A stretch of 13,131 nt of DNA from a virus (taxonomy: Duplodnaviria; Heunggongvirae; Uroviricota; Caudoviricetes). Below, one piece after another: positions 1-6,332 of the stretch (the stretch's first letter is position 1; each line of letters opens with the position of its first letter). Made by a program: the position numbers and the translations under genes. Below the pieces are notes generated by a model. That model saw only the letters and a program-made list of their open reading frames with translations. It searched no databases and was not told the DNA's origin. The stretch lies in IMG/VR virus record IMGVR_UViG_2778261446_000002, positions 1-13,131 of that record. One strand, given 5' to 3'.

Positions 1-65
1 CACGGGAATATCTGCGGCAGCAGGCCAGTAATGGGTTAAGTGATAACAGGTGTCTGGAAATATAG
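1..65 (+). CDS. IS2 transposase OrfB/InsD, C-terminal fragment (5' partial)
   Basis: Frame starting at base 3 reads REYLRQQASNGLSDNRCLEI then TAG at 63-65, resembling the IS2 InsD C-terminus from memory. The reading frame is open to the window edge. Confidence 0.6.
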   Translation, partial: REYLRQQASNGLSDNRCLEI

Positions 66-76
66 GGGCAAATCCA
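1..76 (+). mobile_element. IS2-family insertion sequence, right terminus (partial; element continues upstream of the window)
   Basis: Bases 1-76 end in ...GGTTAAGTGATAACAGGTGTCTGGAAATATAGGGGCAAATCCA, matching the IS2 right inverted repeat as I recall it, with a few substitutions. Host dsdC sequence resumes at base 77. Confidence 0.7.
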
Positions 77-580
77 CTGCAACGTGCCGGAATCGATTTG
101 GCGATCTACTTTGATGATGCGCCGTCAGCGCAACTCACTCATCACTTTCTGATGGATGAAGAAATCCTGCCAGTATGTAGCCCGGAATACGCTCAAAGAC
201 ATGCTTTAACCAACACGGTAATTAACCTGTGTCACTGTACGTTGCTCCATGACAGACAGGCATGGAGCAACGACTCCGGTACGGATGAATGGCATAGTTG
301 GGCGCAACATTATGCGGTTAATTTGCCGACATCTTCTGGAATTGGCTTTGATCGTTCTGATTTAGCTGTTATTGCCGCGATGAATCATATTGGGGTGGCG
401 ATGGGAAGAAAACGCCTGGTACAAAAAAGGCTTGCCAGTGGTGAGCTCGTCGCGCCGTTTGGCGATATGACGGTGAAATGCCATCAGCATTATTACATCA
501 CCACATTACCGGGCAGGCAGTGGCCAAAAATTGAAGCGTTTATTACCTGGCTAAGAGAACAGGTAAAAACCACTTCATAA
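77..580 (+). pseudogene. dsdC: dsdC (LysR-type D-serine regulator), 3' fragment truncated by the IS2 insertion; effector-binding domain only
   Basis: Translation LQRAGIDLAIYFDDAPSAQ...ITWLREQVKTTS* looks like the C-terminal half of a LysR-type regulator and matches my recollection of DsdC. The six-frame ORF start at ATG 50 lies inside the IS terminus, so it is not the native start. The N-terminal HTH half is absent from the window. Confidence 0.8.
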
Positions 581-675
581 TGAATAAAACCACGAGTTCC
601 TGGTGTGCCTTATTCGGCCTGCTAGTTCGAATTTAATTTACGGTTTTTATGTGGTTTTAGGGATAAACACAAGGA

Positions 676-690
676 TGGTGTCCCCTGCAG
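676..690 (-). other. attR core: 15 bp identical to the 3' end of tRNA-Arg argW (CTGCAGGGGACACCA on the minus strand)
   Basis: Plus-strand TGGTGTCCCCTGCAG is the reverse complement of the argW 3' terminus ...CTGCAGGGGACACCA. The flanking sequence does not continue the tRNA, so this is the partial duplicate at the prophage/host junction. Confidence 0.6.
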
Positions 691-763
691 ACATCTACTT
701 GAGGCGGCATGGGATTGATTGGAATGGTGTTTTTTAGATGTGAAAAATATTTTACCCGCTATT

Positions 764-964
764 TTACCCATTAGCGCGGCTTAAGAGCTTATTTTTGAAT
801 TCACAATGGTCACGATATAACCATCTTGCTCGCCCGTGGATAACTTTGGCTTTTGGCAGGTCGCCGGACTTAATCCGGTCATAGATGAAGGTTTTACCAA
901 AGCCAGTATCAGCCATGATGAATTTCAAATCAACCAGTGAATCAGGCTGTAGTTCGTGTTGCAT
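764..964 (-). CDS. torI: TorI-type excisionase / recombination directionality factor (66 aa)
   Basis: 66-aa product MQHELQPDSLVDLKFIMADTGFGKTFIYDRIKSGDLPKAKVIHGRARWLYRDHCEFKNKLLSRANG matches TorI of KplE1 as I recall it. SD GGAGAT precedes the ATG, and the gene sits next to the att core. Confidence 0.85.
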   Translation of the reverse strand: MQHELQPDSLVDLKFIMADTGFGKTFIYDRIKSGDLPKAKVIHGRARWLYRDHCEFKNKLLSRANG

Positions 965-1007
965 GAGTGCTATCTCCGAATAGGGAATCGAACCTGCAAA
1001 TCAGGTA

Positions 1008-1030
1008 ATAAAAAACCGCCATCAGGCGGC
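1008..1030 (-). terminator. Rho-independent terminator (minus strand); the stop codon of the upstream small gene lies in the loop
   Basis: Minus-strand CCGCC-TGAT-GGCGG hairpin followed by TTTTTTAT. Confidence 0.6.
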
Positions 1031-1189
1031 TTGGTGTTCTTTCAGTTCTTCAATTCGAATATTGGTTACGTCTGCATGTGCTATCTGCGCCCATATCATC
1101 CAGTGGTCATAGCAGTCGTTGATGTTCTCCGCTTCGATAACTCTGTTGAATGGTTCTCCATTCCATTCACCTGTGACTCGGAAGTGCAT
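1022..1189 (-). CDS. Hypothetical small phage protein (55 aa)
   Basis: ATG at 1189 preceded by GGAGATGATAA; product MHFRVTGEWNGEPFNRVIEAENINDCYDHWMIWAQIAHADVTNIRIEELKEHQAA, ending in the terminator loop. Below the size cut-off of the ORF track. Confidence 0.4.
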   Translation of the reverse strand: MHFRVTGEWNGEPFNRVIEAENINDCYDHWMIWAQIAHADVTNIRIEELKEHQAA

Positions 1190-1200
1190 TTATCATCTCC

Positions 1201-1226
1201 ATAAAACAAAACTCGCCGTAGCGAGT
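1201..1226 (-). terminator. Candidate rho-independent terminator (minus strand)
   Basis: ACTCGC-TACG-GCGAGT hairpin followed on the minus strand by TTTGTTTTAT. It sits between the 63-aa gene and the 55-aa gene. Confidence 0.45.
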
Positions 1227-1269
1227 TCAGATAAAAGAAATCCATCAATTGGTTAGGGTTTTTGTAATT

Positions 1270-1461
1270 CTACGAATTATGTTGTTTTTTAGCTTCAGCT
1301 TTCCATTCATCAAAGGCAGTGTCTTTGTTCATGGTGCTGATATTGATCTTACGGTCAATATCATATACACGCCACTCACCGTTAGGCCTCTCTTCGCATC
1401 TAACTAAGTATGAATTGCCATTAATATCTATGCGTCTGTCTATTTGCATGAACATTTTCAA
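1270..1461 (-). CDS. Hypothetical phage protein (about 61-63 aa)
   Basis: ORF-track ORF. SD GAGGG is 8 nt upstream of a TTG at 1461; in-frame ATGs at 1455 and 1449 are alternatives. Confidence 0.45.
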   Translation of the reverse strand: MKMFMQIDRRIDINGNSYLVRCEERPNGEWRVYDIDRKINISTMNKDTAFDEWKAEAKKQHNS

Positions 1462-1572
1462 TTTTCGAACCCTCTTTAATATGCATTTTTTGCTATTTCA
1501 GTAGTTTACTATTGATGAGGCGTTATTATACACACTTCATTAATGCAAGCATCTTTATGCTATGCTACTAAT

Positions 1573-1854
1573 TTAGCAATTGATATTTACCTTTATCGCG
1601 TATACCTTAACCGGTTTATCGCCGAAGTGGGGATGTGTGATTGTCTTGATTTCATATCCACCATACGGAACATCAATTCTACGGCTGGAATCGTCGCGCT
1701 TCGGATATCCCTTTGTGATAATCAGGCGGTCATACTCCCGGAACATAATTCGCTTATTCCAATAGTCATTACACAGGCGATACTCTTCCGTTTTCTCTCC
1801 TCGAATCATGGCATCGAAGTATTCACCTTTGACGGCAAGTTGCAGGTTAGCCAC
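1573..1854 (-). CDS. Hypothetical protein, possibly ASCH/PUA-like fold (94 aa)
   Basis: GTG start at 1854 preceded by AGGAGG and overlapping the stop of the upstream gene. The longer ORF-track version lacks an RBS. The ASCH-like assignment is a weak impression from the sequence pattern. Confidence 0.5.
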   Translation of the reverse strand: MANLQLAVKGEYFDAMIRGEKTEEYRLCNDYWNKRIMFREYDRLIITKGYPKRDDSSRRIDVPYGGYEIKTITHPHFGDKPVKVYAIKVNINC

Positions 1855-2413
1855 GGTTAACCTCCTGCGGCGGCTCTGGTAGCGGCATCCAGTGTGACGG
1901 CTCACATACCCCCTCAACACCATTCATGTAAAAGAATTGAAATAACCCTTTACCTTTGTGAAACCCTACCATCTGCTCTTTTGTGTCTGAACAATAAACC
2001 AAAACATCTTCTTCGTTTGGCATTCGCTCACTACAGCTTATCCAACTATCCGGAGTTACCGGAGAGTTGCCCGATAGCTGGTTCAACTTGTAAGTTTGGC
2101 TTACAGGTTCGGCTTTCAGTTCTGCTATGCGCTTTTTTGCTGTTTCCAGCTCATCCAGCAGCGCCAAGACGGTAGCCGGATTGGCTGCGGCGATGAATTC
2201 AGCATTGGCCTGCTGTTCCATTTGGAAATCTTCATCGAAGCCGCTTTCAGGATGCGCTCCTTCAATTCTGCAAATGGGAAGATATCCAACAACGTCACGA
2301 TGAATTAGCGCATCACCAGCATCAAGCCTCTCCTCTCCATATTCTAGCGACCACACACCACACGTTGCTTTCTCTGCCGCCTCACGCAGTGCCTGATAGT
2401 CAATCTTGCTCAC
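1847..2413 (-). CDS. Ead/Ea22-like N-terminal region fused to a DUF551-type C-terminal domain (188 aa)
   Basis: GTG start with strong SD AAGGAGG 7 nt upstream, overlapping the upstream stop (GTGA). C-terminal SHWMPLPEPP is typical of DUF551; N-terminal AANPATVLALLDELE is typical of ead/Ea22-like prophage proteins. Confidence 0.6.
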   Translation of the reverse strand: MSKIDYQALREAAEKATCGVWSLEYGEERLDAGDALIHRDVVGYLPICRIEGAHPESGFDEDFQMEQQANAEFIAAANPATVLALLDELETAKKRIAELKAEPVSQTYKLNQLSGNSPVTPDSWISCSERMPNEEDVLVYCSDTKEQMVGFHKGKGLFQFFYMNGVEGVCEPSHWMPLPEPPQEVNRG

Positions 2414-2892
2414 TGGTCGCCTCCTTTGCGAAGCTGGTCGGCGAACAAACGTACACTAGACGCTTCACTGCGTAGAAACTTAACGGCATAATCAAAACCA
2501 CCTCGTTCTGCGTCGTCTGCTCCGTTGTCGAGGTTATCTGCGTACATCTCTACCCCCTGCGCCCGTACTTCAGCCAGGAAAGCATCGGTAGATGGGGTGT
2601 TAAGTGAAAAGTCCTGTCGGCCTGATTTCAGATACGCAATGGCGATCTTTGTTGCTGCGCATTCGACAGCGAATTTCTCTTTTTCAGCAGCCATCTTCGC
2701 GCACTTGGCCTCAAGGTTATCAATCGTGATTCCAGCAGAACGACACTCCCGCAACGCCGTTTCCAGTTTTGATTCAAGTTCACCGAACTTACGCACCAGA
2801 TATTCAGCGTTTGTTTCGTTAACCTTTAAATCACTTGGGATGCATTTACCTTTCAGAAATCCATCCATCTCAATTAGTGACATTTGTTTCAT
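2410..2892 (-). CDS. Hypothetical Ea22-like coiled-coil protein (about 160 aa)
   Basis: ATG at 2892 ([12 protein letters not shown]...) overlaps the stop of the upstream 54-aa ORF (ATGA). The ORF-track start at 2910 is a GTG 18 nt further up. Confidence 0.55.
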   Translation of the reverse strand: MKQMSLIEMDGFLKGKCIPSDLKVNETNAEYLVRKFGELESKLETALRECRSAGITIDNLEAKCAKMAAEKEKFAVECAATKIAIAYLKSGRQDFSLNTPSTDAFLAEVRAQGVEMYADNLDNGADDAERGGFDYAVKFLRSEASSVRLFADQLRKGGDQ

Positions 2893-3053
2893 TTCTTCCC
2901 ACTCCGCCACATTGCATTCAGATATTTGTTGTCATTAACAGAACCGAAACTATTTCTCTTAAGCAATTCCTCTCTCGATGGCATTGGCTTTACGCGTTGG
3001 CGAATAATCATTTCTGCCGGAAGAATGCCGGGATTGTATGCAAGTCCTCTCAT
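2889..3053 (-). CDS. Hypothetical small protein (54 aa), translationally coupled on both sides
   Basis: ATG at 3053 overlaps the stop of the upstream gene (ATGA) and its own TGA overlaps the ATG of the downstream gene (ATGA). Product [54 protein letters not shown]. Confidence 0.45.
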   Translation of the reverse strand: MRGLAYNPGILPAEMIIRQRVKPMPSREELLKRNSFGSVNDNKYLNAMWRSGKK

Positions 3054-3340
3054 GATTTACTCTCCACGAACTGGTCAACGGCCATGCTAAGTGACACACC
3101 TAAAGTATCGATATGCTGCTGAATATCCTGTAGCGTCCGCGCTTGAGATAACAGAATTTCACGGTTGCATAACTCTTTAACCAGATGCTCAAACTTGCTG
3201 TAATAACCGATACGGCTTAGTGTTTCTTTCCCTGCATTCTCACCTTCTTTGATAATTCCTCTTTCGCTAAGAATCAGGTCGTGTTTGGTTCCGGTAATAA
3301 CGTATTTGCCGAGGTCGATGTTTAGCTTCATTGTTTTCAT
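3050..3340 (-). CDS. Hypothetical phage protein (96 aa)
   Basis: ATG at 3340 ([14 protein letters not shown]...) preceded by GAGG. An alternative ATG at 3358 overlaps the upstream stop. The longer ORF-track version has no RBS. Confidence 0.5.
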   Translation of the reverse strand: MKTMKLNIDLGKYVITGTKHDLILSERGIIKEGENAGKETLSRIGYYSKFEHLVKELCNREILLSQARTLQDIQQHIDTLGVSLSMAVDQFVESKS

Positions 3341-3350
3341 TGTTAATTCC

Positions 3351-3647
3351 TCAGTCATTACTGATAGCGCCATAGCGTGAGCGGTAATTACGCAGGCGCG
3401 GGTCGATATATTCAGGGAAGTGGGTATATGTGGCTTTGCGGAATGGTCGGATTGATGTCTGGTAAATTCGCTCTCGTTCTTCTTTCTCTGCAAGCCATAT
3501 ACAGTGGCGAAATTCCTTTTCTTCTTTCGTTTCCTGCGGTAGCGACATTATCCGGTCGTAGTTTTTCCTGAATTTATCCAGCACCTCCGATACGGAATTG
3601 CCGGAACAGCGGCGCGCGTCGTCCGCACCATACAGAGGCGCTGGCAT
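3351..3647 (-). CDS. Hypothetical basic phage protein (98 aa)
   Basis: ATG at 3647 with SD AGGAG 7 nt upstream; begins 14 nt after the SSB stop. Confidence 0.6.
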   Translation of the reverse strand: MPAPLYGADDARRCSGNSVSEVLDKFRKNYDRIMSLPQETKEEKEFRHCIWLAEKEERERIYQTSIRPFRKATYTHFPEYIDPRLRNYRSRYGAISND

Positions 3648-3660
3648 GATTTTCTCCTGA

Positions 3661-4176
3661 TTAAATTGCGTGAATAGCGTGACGAGGGAAGGGGAGGGTT
3701 ACTGGCGCAAAAGGTATATCGTCGTCAAACTCCATAGGTGGTTCGCTGTGATTTACCTGCTTCTGAGGCTGCTGTTTTTGTTGCTGACCGTTATTTCGCT
3801 GAGGTGAAGACTGTTCATTGCTTCCTTGCTTGCCACCAAGCATTTGCATGGTTCCACCAACGCCCACGATAACTTCGGTAGTGAACCGATCCTGTCCGCT
3901 TTGATCCTGCCATTTTCTTGTCCGCAATTTTCCTTCAAGATAAACCTCAGAGCCTTTTCGCAGATATTCGCTGGCAATTTCTGCCAGTTTCCCGCTCATT
4001 ACCACACGGTGCCACTCCGTCTGCTCCTTTTGCTCTCCAGTTTGCTTATCACGCCATTGTTCTGACGTAGCAACTATAAGGTTTGCAAATGCCGTTCCTG
4101 ATGGTGAATATCTGATTTCTGGATCATGCCCAAGGCGACCAATAATGATCACCTTATTTACGCCTCTACTTCCCAT
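3661..4176 (-). CDS. ssb: Single-stranded DNA-binding protein (SSB) with a 15-residue extension beyond the conserved DDDIPF tail
   Basis: N-terminal OB-fold region closely parallels E. coli SSB (SRGVNKVI..., [40 protein letters not shown]), followed by a Gln/Gly-rich linker and the acidic motif MEFDDDIPF, then [15 protein letters not shown] before the stop. Confidence 0.9.
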   Translation of the reverse strand: MGSRGVNKVIIIGRLGHDPEIRYSPSGTAFANLIVATSEQWRDKQTGEQKEQTEWHRVVMSGKLAEIASEYLRKGSEVYLEGKLRTRKWQDQSGQDRFTTEVIVGVGGTMQMLGGKQGSNEQSSPQRNNGQQQKQQPQKQVNHSEPPMEFDDDIPFAPVTLPFPRHAIHAI

Positions 4177-4884
4177 TTATGCCGCCTGTTTTAGTTCGTT
4201 AACTCTGATGTTCATTACCTGAACGCATTTAGCCTGCGCATCCTCATTGCCAGCCATTAATTGCCAGTCATGCTGATAACGTTCTATGAGTTTTTTCTTG
4301 TCAGTTTCTGTTGATGCATAATCGCTGAAGTCTTTCAGGATTTGTTCGCAGTCAACCGATGGAGATTTCTGGTTGGTATTTTCTGGTGATGGTTTGTTAT
4401 CTGATGCTGGGATTGCCCAGCCCGGCAGCGATGGAGGGAGCCAGTAAAATCCTGTTCCATCCTTCAGTTTTGCCCTGTGCCACCCCTGCTTTTTATCGGG
4501 AGATGTTTGTGCGAAACCTTCCTCAAGGTTATACAGATACCGACCGATTCCCCACTGAACGGCAGCGCGCTTCATTGCACCGGAACGACCACCTTTGACG
4601 GCTTCTACCTGCGTGTTTTCAGCAGCATCCCATTTGGTTACCCATTCGGAATCAATCTTTATTGATATGCCGCATTCAACGCCGCCGTTGTTGGGAATAT
4701 CGCGGTATTCATTGCGCCATCCTGCTTTGCCACAAACATCGTCAAGGCGTTTCATGATTGCCCGGTTCGTAACATAAGCCAGCACCATAGCCCACACCTT
4801 GCCATCGCGTGTTTTACCGCTTTGCTGTATTCGCCATTCGATATCTTCAGGGCAGAATGGCTCATCGAATTTGTTCAAATCCAT
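4177..4884 (-). CDS. Single-strand annealing recombinase, Rad52/Sak-like (235 aa)
   Basis: Sits immediately upstream of ssb in the position of lambda bet/exo. The motif GGRSGAMKRAAVQWGIGRYLYNL resembles the Rad52-family annealing core. Family assignment is by pattern, not by search. Confidence 0.6.
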   Translation of the reverse strand: MDLNKFDEPFCPEDIEWRIQQSGKTRDGKVWAMVLAYVTNRAIMKRLDDVCGKAGWRNEYRDIPNNGGVECGISIKIDSEWVTKWDAAENTQVEAVKGGRSGAMKRAAVQWGIGRYLYNLEEGFAQTSPDKKQGWHRAKLKDGTGFYWLPPSLPGWAIPASDNKPSPENTNQKSPSVDCEQILKDFSDYASTETDKKKLIERYQHDWQLMAGNEDAQAKCVQVMNIRVNELKQAA

Positions 4885-4892
4885 AATTCACC

Positions 4893-5063
4893 TCAGAATG
4901 GACATGGCCCAAGGAAATAACGCTGGTTTAATACTTCGACTCGGGACAAATTAAGGCATACCCGCATTCCTTCGCGGTCACCATTATGGCGATACCAGAG
5001 AGCTTTTTGCGTGTACATGCGTCTCTGTAACTTGCTCTCCTTCACTGTGGTTGCAAGTGACAT
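4893..5063 (-). CDS. Candidate small ORF (56 aa), overlapping an alternative ORF
   Basis: ATG at 5063 preceded by a strong SD (GAAGGAGATATTC-ATG); stop 9 nt before the annealing-protein start. Overlaps the 4984-5142 ORF in another frame, so both cannot be fully confirmed. Confidence 0.3.
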   Translation of the reverse strand: MSLATTVKESKLQRRMYTQKALWYRHNGDREGMRVCLNLSRVEVLNQRYFLGPCPF

Positions 5064-5142
5064 GAATATCTCCTTCGTTACCGATTAATTCTTTCATCTG
5101 ACGAATGAATTCTTCGTCTGACCAGTTATCTGTAAAACTCAT
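4984..5142 (-). CDS. Candidate small acidic ORF (52 aa), translationally coupled to the kil-like gene
   Basis: ATG at 5142 overlaps the kil-like stop (ATGA). Product MSFTDNWSDEEFIRQMKELIGNEGDIHVTCNHSEGEQVTETHVHAKSSLVSP. Confidence 0.35.
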   Translation of the reverse strand: MSFTDNWSDEEFIRQMKELIGNEGDIHVTCNHSEGEQVTETHVHAKSSLVSP

Positions 5143-5291
5143 TTCCTGCGATACCACGGAATGTTGATCGCTGATTTCATCGCTTTATTTGCTTCAAGCC
5201 ACATTTTGGAATCACCAATAAATCTGGCTATTACTGCTTTGTTCTGTGCAGCACGAAGCATCTGGTGATTAATGACTATTTCATTGCGCAT
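5139..5291 (-). CDS. Kil-like small protein (50 aa), candidate host cell-division inhibitor
   Basis: ATG at 5291 overlaps the cIII-like stop, with SD GGAGG. Product MRNEIVINHQMLRAAQNKAVIARFIGDSKMWLEANKAMKSAINIPWYRRK. The FIGD.KM core resembles my recollection of lambda Kil, and the position right after cIII fits. Confidence 0.45.
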   Translation of the reverse strand: MRNEIVINHQMLRAAQNKAVIARFIGDSKMWLEANKAMKSAINIPWYRRK

Positions 5292-5410
5292 AACGCCTCC
5301 AGTTGTTTCTTTGCTGCTCTGATTAATTGTTTAACTCGGCGTGATAATTCAGATTCGTGCGGGTAGAAAGCGGACATGACGCCGCTACCCGCGAGCTGAA
5401 AGTGCATCAT
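5276..5410 (-). CDS. cIII-like protein (44 aa), candidate FtsH inhibitor
   Basis: ATG at 5410 with SD AAGGAG. Product MMHFQLAGSGVMSAFYPHESELSRRVKQLIRAAKKQLEALCAMK shows the A.AG...P.ES.L..R...L pattern of the lambda CIII amphipathic helix. The 79-aa ORF-track extension runs through a terminator and is rejected. Confidence 0.5.
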   Translation of the reverse strand: MMHFQLAGSGVMSAFYPHESELSRRVKQLIRAAKKQLEALCAMK

Positions 5411-5474
5411 GGGTAACTCCTTATATTTGATTGCATAACGAAAACGCCTCAAGTGAAGCGTTATTGGTATGCAT

Positions 5475-5500
5475 ATAAAAAAGCCCCCACACTGGAGGGC
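5475..5500 (-). terminator. Rho-independent terminator (minus strand) upstream of the cIII-like gene
   Basis: Minus-strand GCCCTCCAGTGTGGGGGC hairpin followed by TTTTTTAT. Confidence 0.6.
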
Positions 5501-5595
5501 AAAGAAGATTTCCAATAATCAGAACAAGTCGGCTCCTGTTTAGTTACGAGCGACATTGCTCCGTGTATTCACTCGTTGGAATGAATACACAGTGC

Positions 5596-5796
5596 TTATT
5601 CGCGAGCTTTGAGCATTGCGTCTGCAAACTTATATGCAGCGCTTGCTGCATAATTAACAGCTCCATCAGAATCATTATCGATAATCGATGGATTGCTAAT
5701 CATTGCTTGCATAGCCTTTGCCGCGAAGTAATCACGTAATGTCGCATCACTTGCCATTTCTGGGCGTTTGATATCTGCTTCGTAAAACTCGCACAT
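5596..5796 (-). CDS. Hypothetical phage protein (66 aa)
   Basis: ATG at 5796 overlaps the upstream stop (TGATG) with SD GGGAGGTGA. Product MCEFYEADIKRPEMASDATLRDYFAAKAMQAMISNPSIIDNDSDGAVNYAASAAYKFADAMLKARE. Confidence 0.55.
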   Translation of the reverse strand: MCEFYEADIKRPEMASDATLRDYFAAKAMQAMISNPSIIDNDSDGAVNYAASAAYKFADAMLKARE

Positions 5797-6092
5797 CACT
5801 CACCTCCCAGAGCCTTGATGATTGCTGCAAAACCTTTATTAACAGCTCCATACCATTCTGGATATGTTGTCGTTGTTCTATTTTTGGATTGCTTAAGTAA
5901 TAACTGAAGTGCTTCGAGAAGGTCAGGTGCTGCCGCTATTAGATTGGCATCTTCAATGCATTGAACTTCCTCACAGATTGCAATATACGAACGCCAGCCT
6001 GCGCCATTTTCAAGAGAGTCTGCCTGGATGATTTTAATCTCATCGCCATCCATCATTATTTCCCACTTACCTTCAGTACCTTTAAATTCCAT
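5796..6092 (-). CDS. Hypothetical phage protein (98 aa) with an ead/Ea22-like motif
   Basis: ATG at 6092 with SD AGAGG. Contains LIAAAPDLLEALQLL, similar to the AANPATVLALLDELE motif of the 1847-2413 protein. Confidence 0.6.
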   Translation of the reverse strand: MEFKGTEGKWEIMMDGDEIKIIQADSLENGAGWRSYIAICEEVQCIEDANLIAAAPDLLEALQLLLKQSKNRTTTTYPEWYGAVNKGFAAIIKALGGE

Positions 6093-6112
6093 GTTAGCCT
6101 CTGTTGTTTATG

Positions 6113-6143
6113 CCAAAAATAAAGGCCACCATCAGGCAGCCTT
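6113..6143 (-). terminator. Candidate tL1-like rho-independent terminator just after ral
   Basis: Minus-strand AAGGCUGCC-UGAU-GGUGGCCUU hairpin (two G-U pairs) followed by UAUUUUUGG; the ral stop codon lies in the loop. Confidence 0.5.
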
Positions 6144-6332
6144 GTTGTTCAGTTTACCAAGTTCTCTGGCAATCATTGCCGTCGTTCGTATTGCCCATTT
6201 ATCGACATATTTCCCATCTTCCATTACAGGAAACATTTCTTCAGGCTTAACCATGCATTCCGATTGCAACTTGCATCCATTGCATCGTTTGAATTGTCCA
6301 CACCATTGATTCTTATCAATAGTCGTAGTCAT
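6132..6332 (-). CDS. ral: Ral-like restriction alleviation protein (66 aa)
   Basis: 66-aa Cys-rich product MTTTIDKNQWCGQFKRCNGCKLQSEC..., located directly downstream of N and orf28 as in lambda. Matches my recollection of lambda Ral in size and start. Confidence 0.55.
   Translation of the reverse strand: MTTTIDKNQWCGQFKRCNGCKLQSECMVKPEEMFPVMEDGKYVDKWAIRTTAMIARELGKLNNKAA

Noticed and set aside
50-580. ORF-track 176-aa ORF starting at ATG 50 taken as an intact gene
   Set aside because: The ATG and first nine codons lie inside the IS2 terminus; the real gene is a dsdC fragment beginning at 77.
975-1000. Possible complete tRNA gene next to torI
   Set aside because: Only the 14-nt T-arm segment matches argW; no complementary T-stem or acceptor stem can be formed from the flanking sequence.
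956-1204. 82-aa plus-strand ORF
   Set aside because: Antisense to the 55-aa gene and spans its terminator hairpin; no RBS and a low-complexity product.
1543-1860. 105-aa and 61-aa plus-strand ORFs (1543-1860, 1580-1765)
   Set aside because: Antisense to the better-supported minus-strand gene at 1573-1854 in a unidirectional operon; no RBS.
5276-5515. 79-aa version of the cIII-like ORF
   Set aside because: The upstream 35 codons run through a rho-independent terminator and lack an RBS; the SD-supported start is at 5410.
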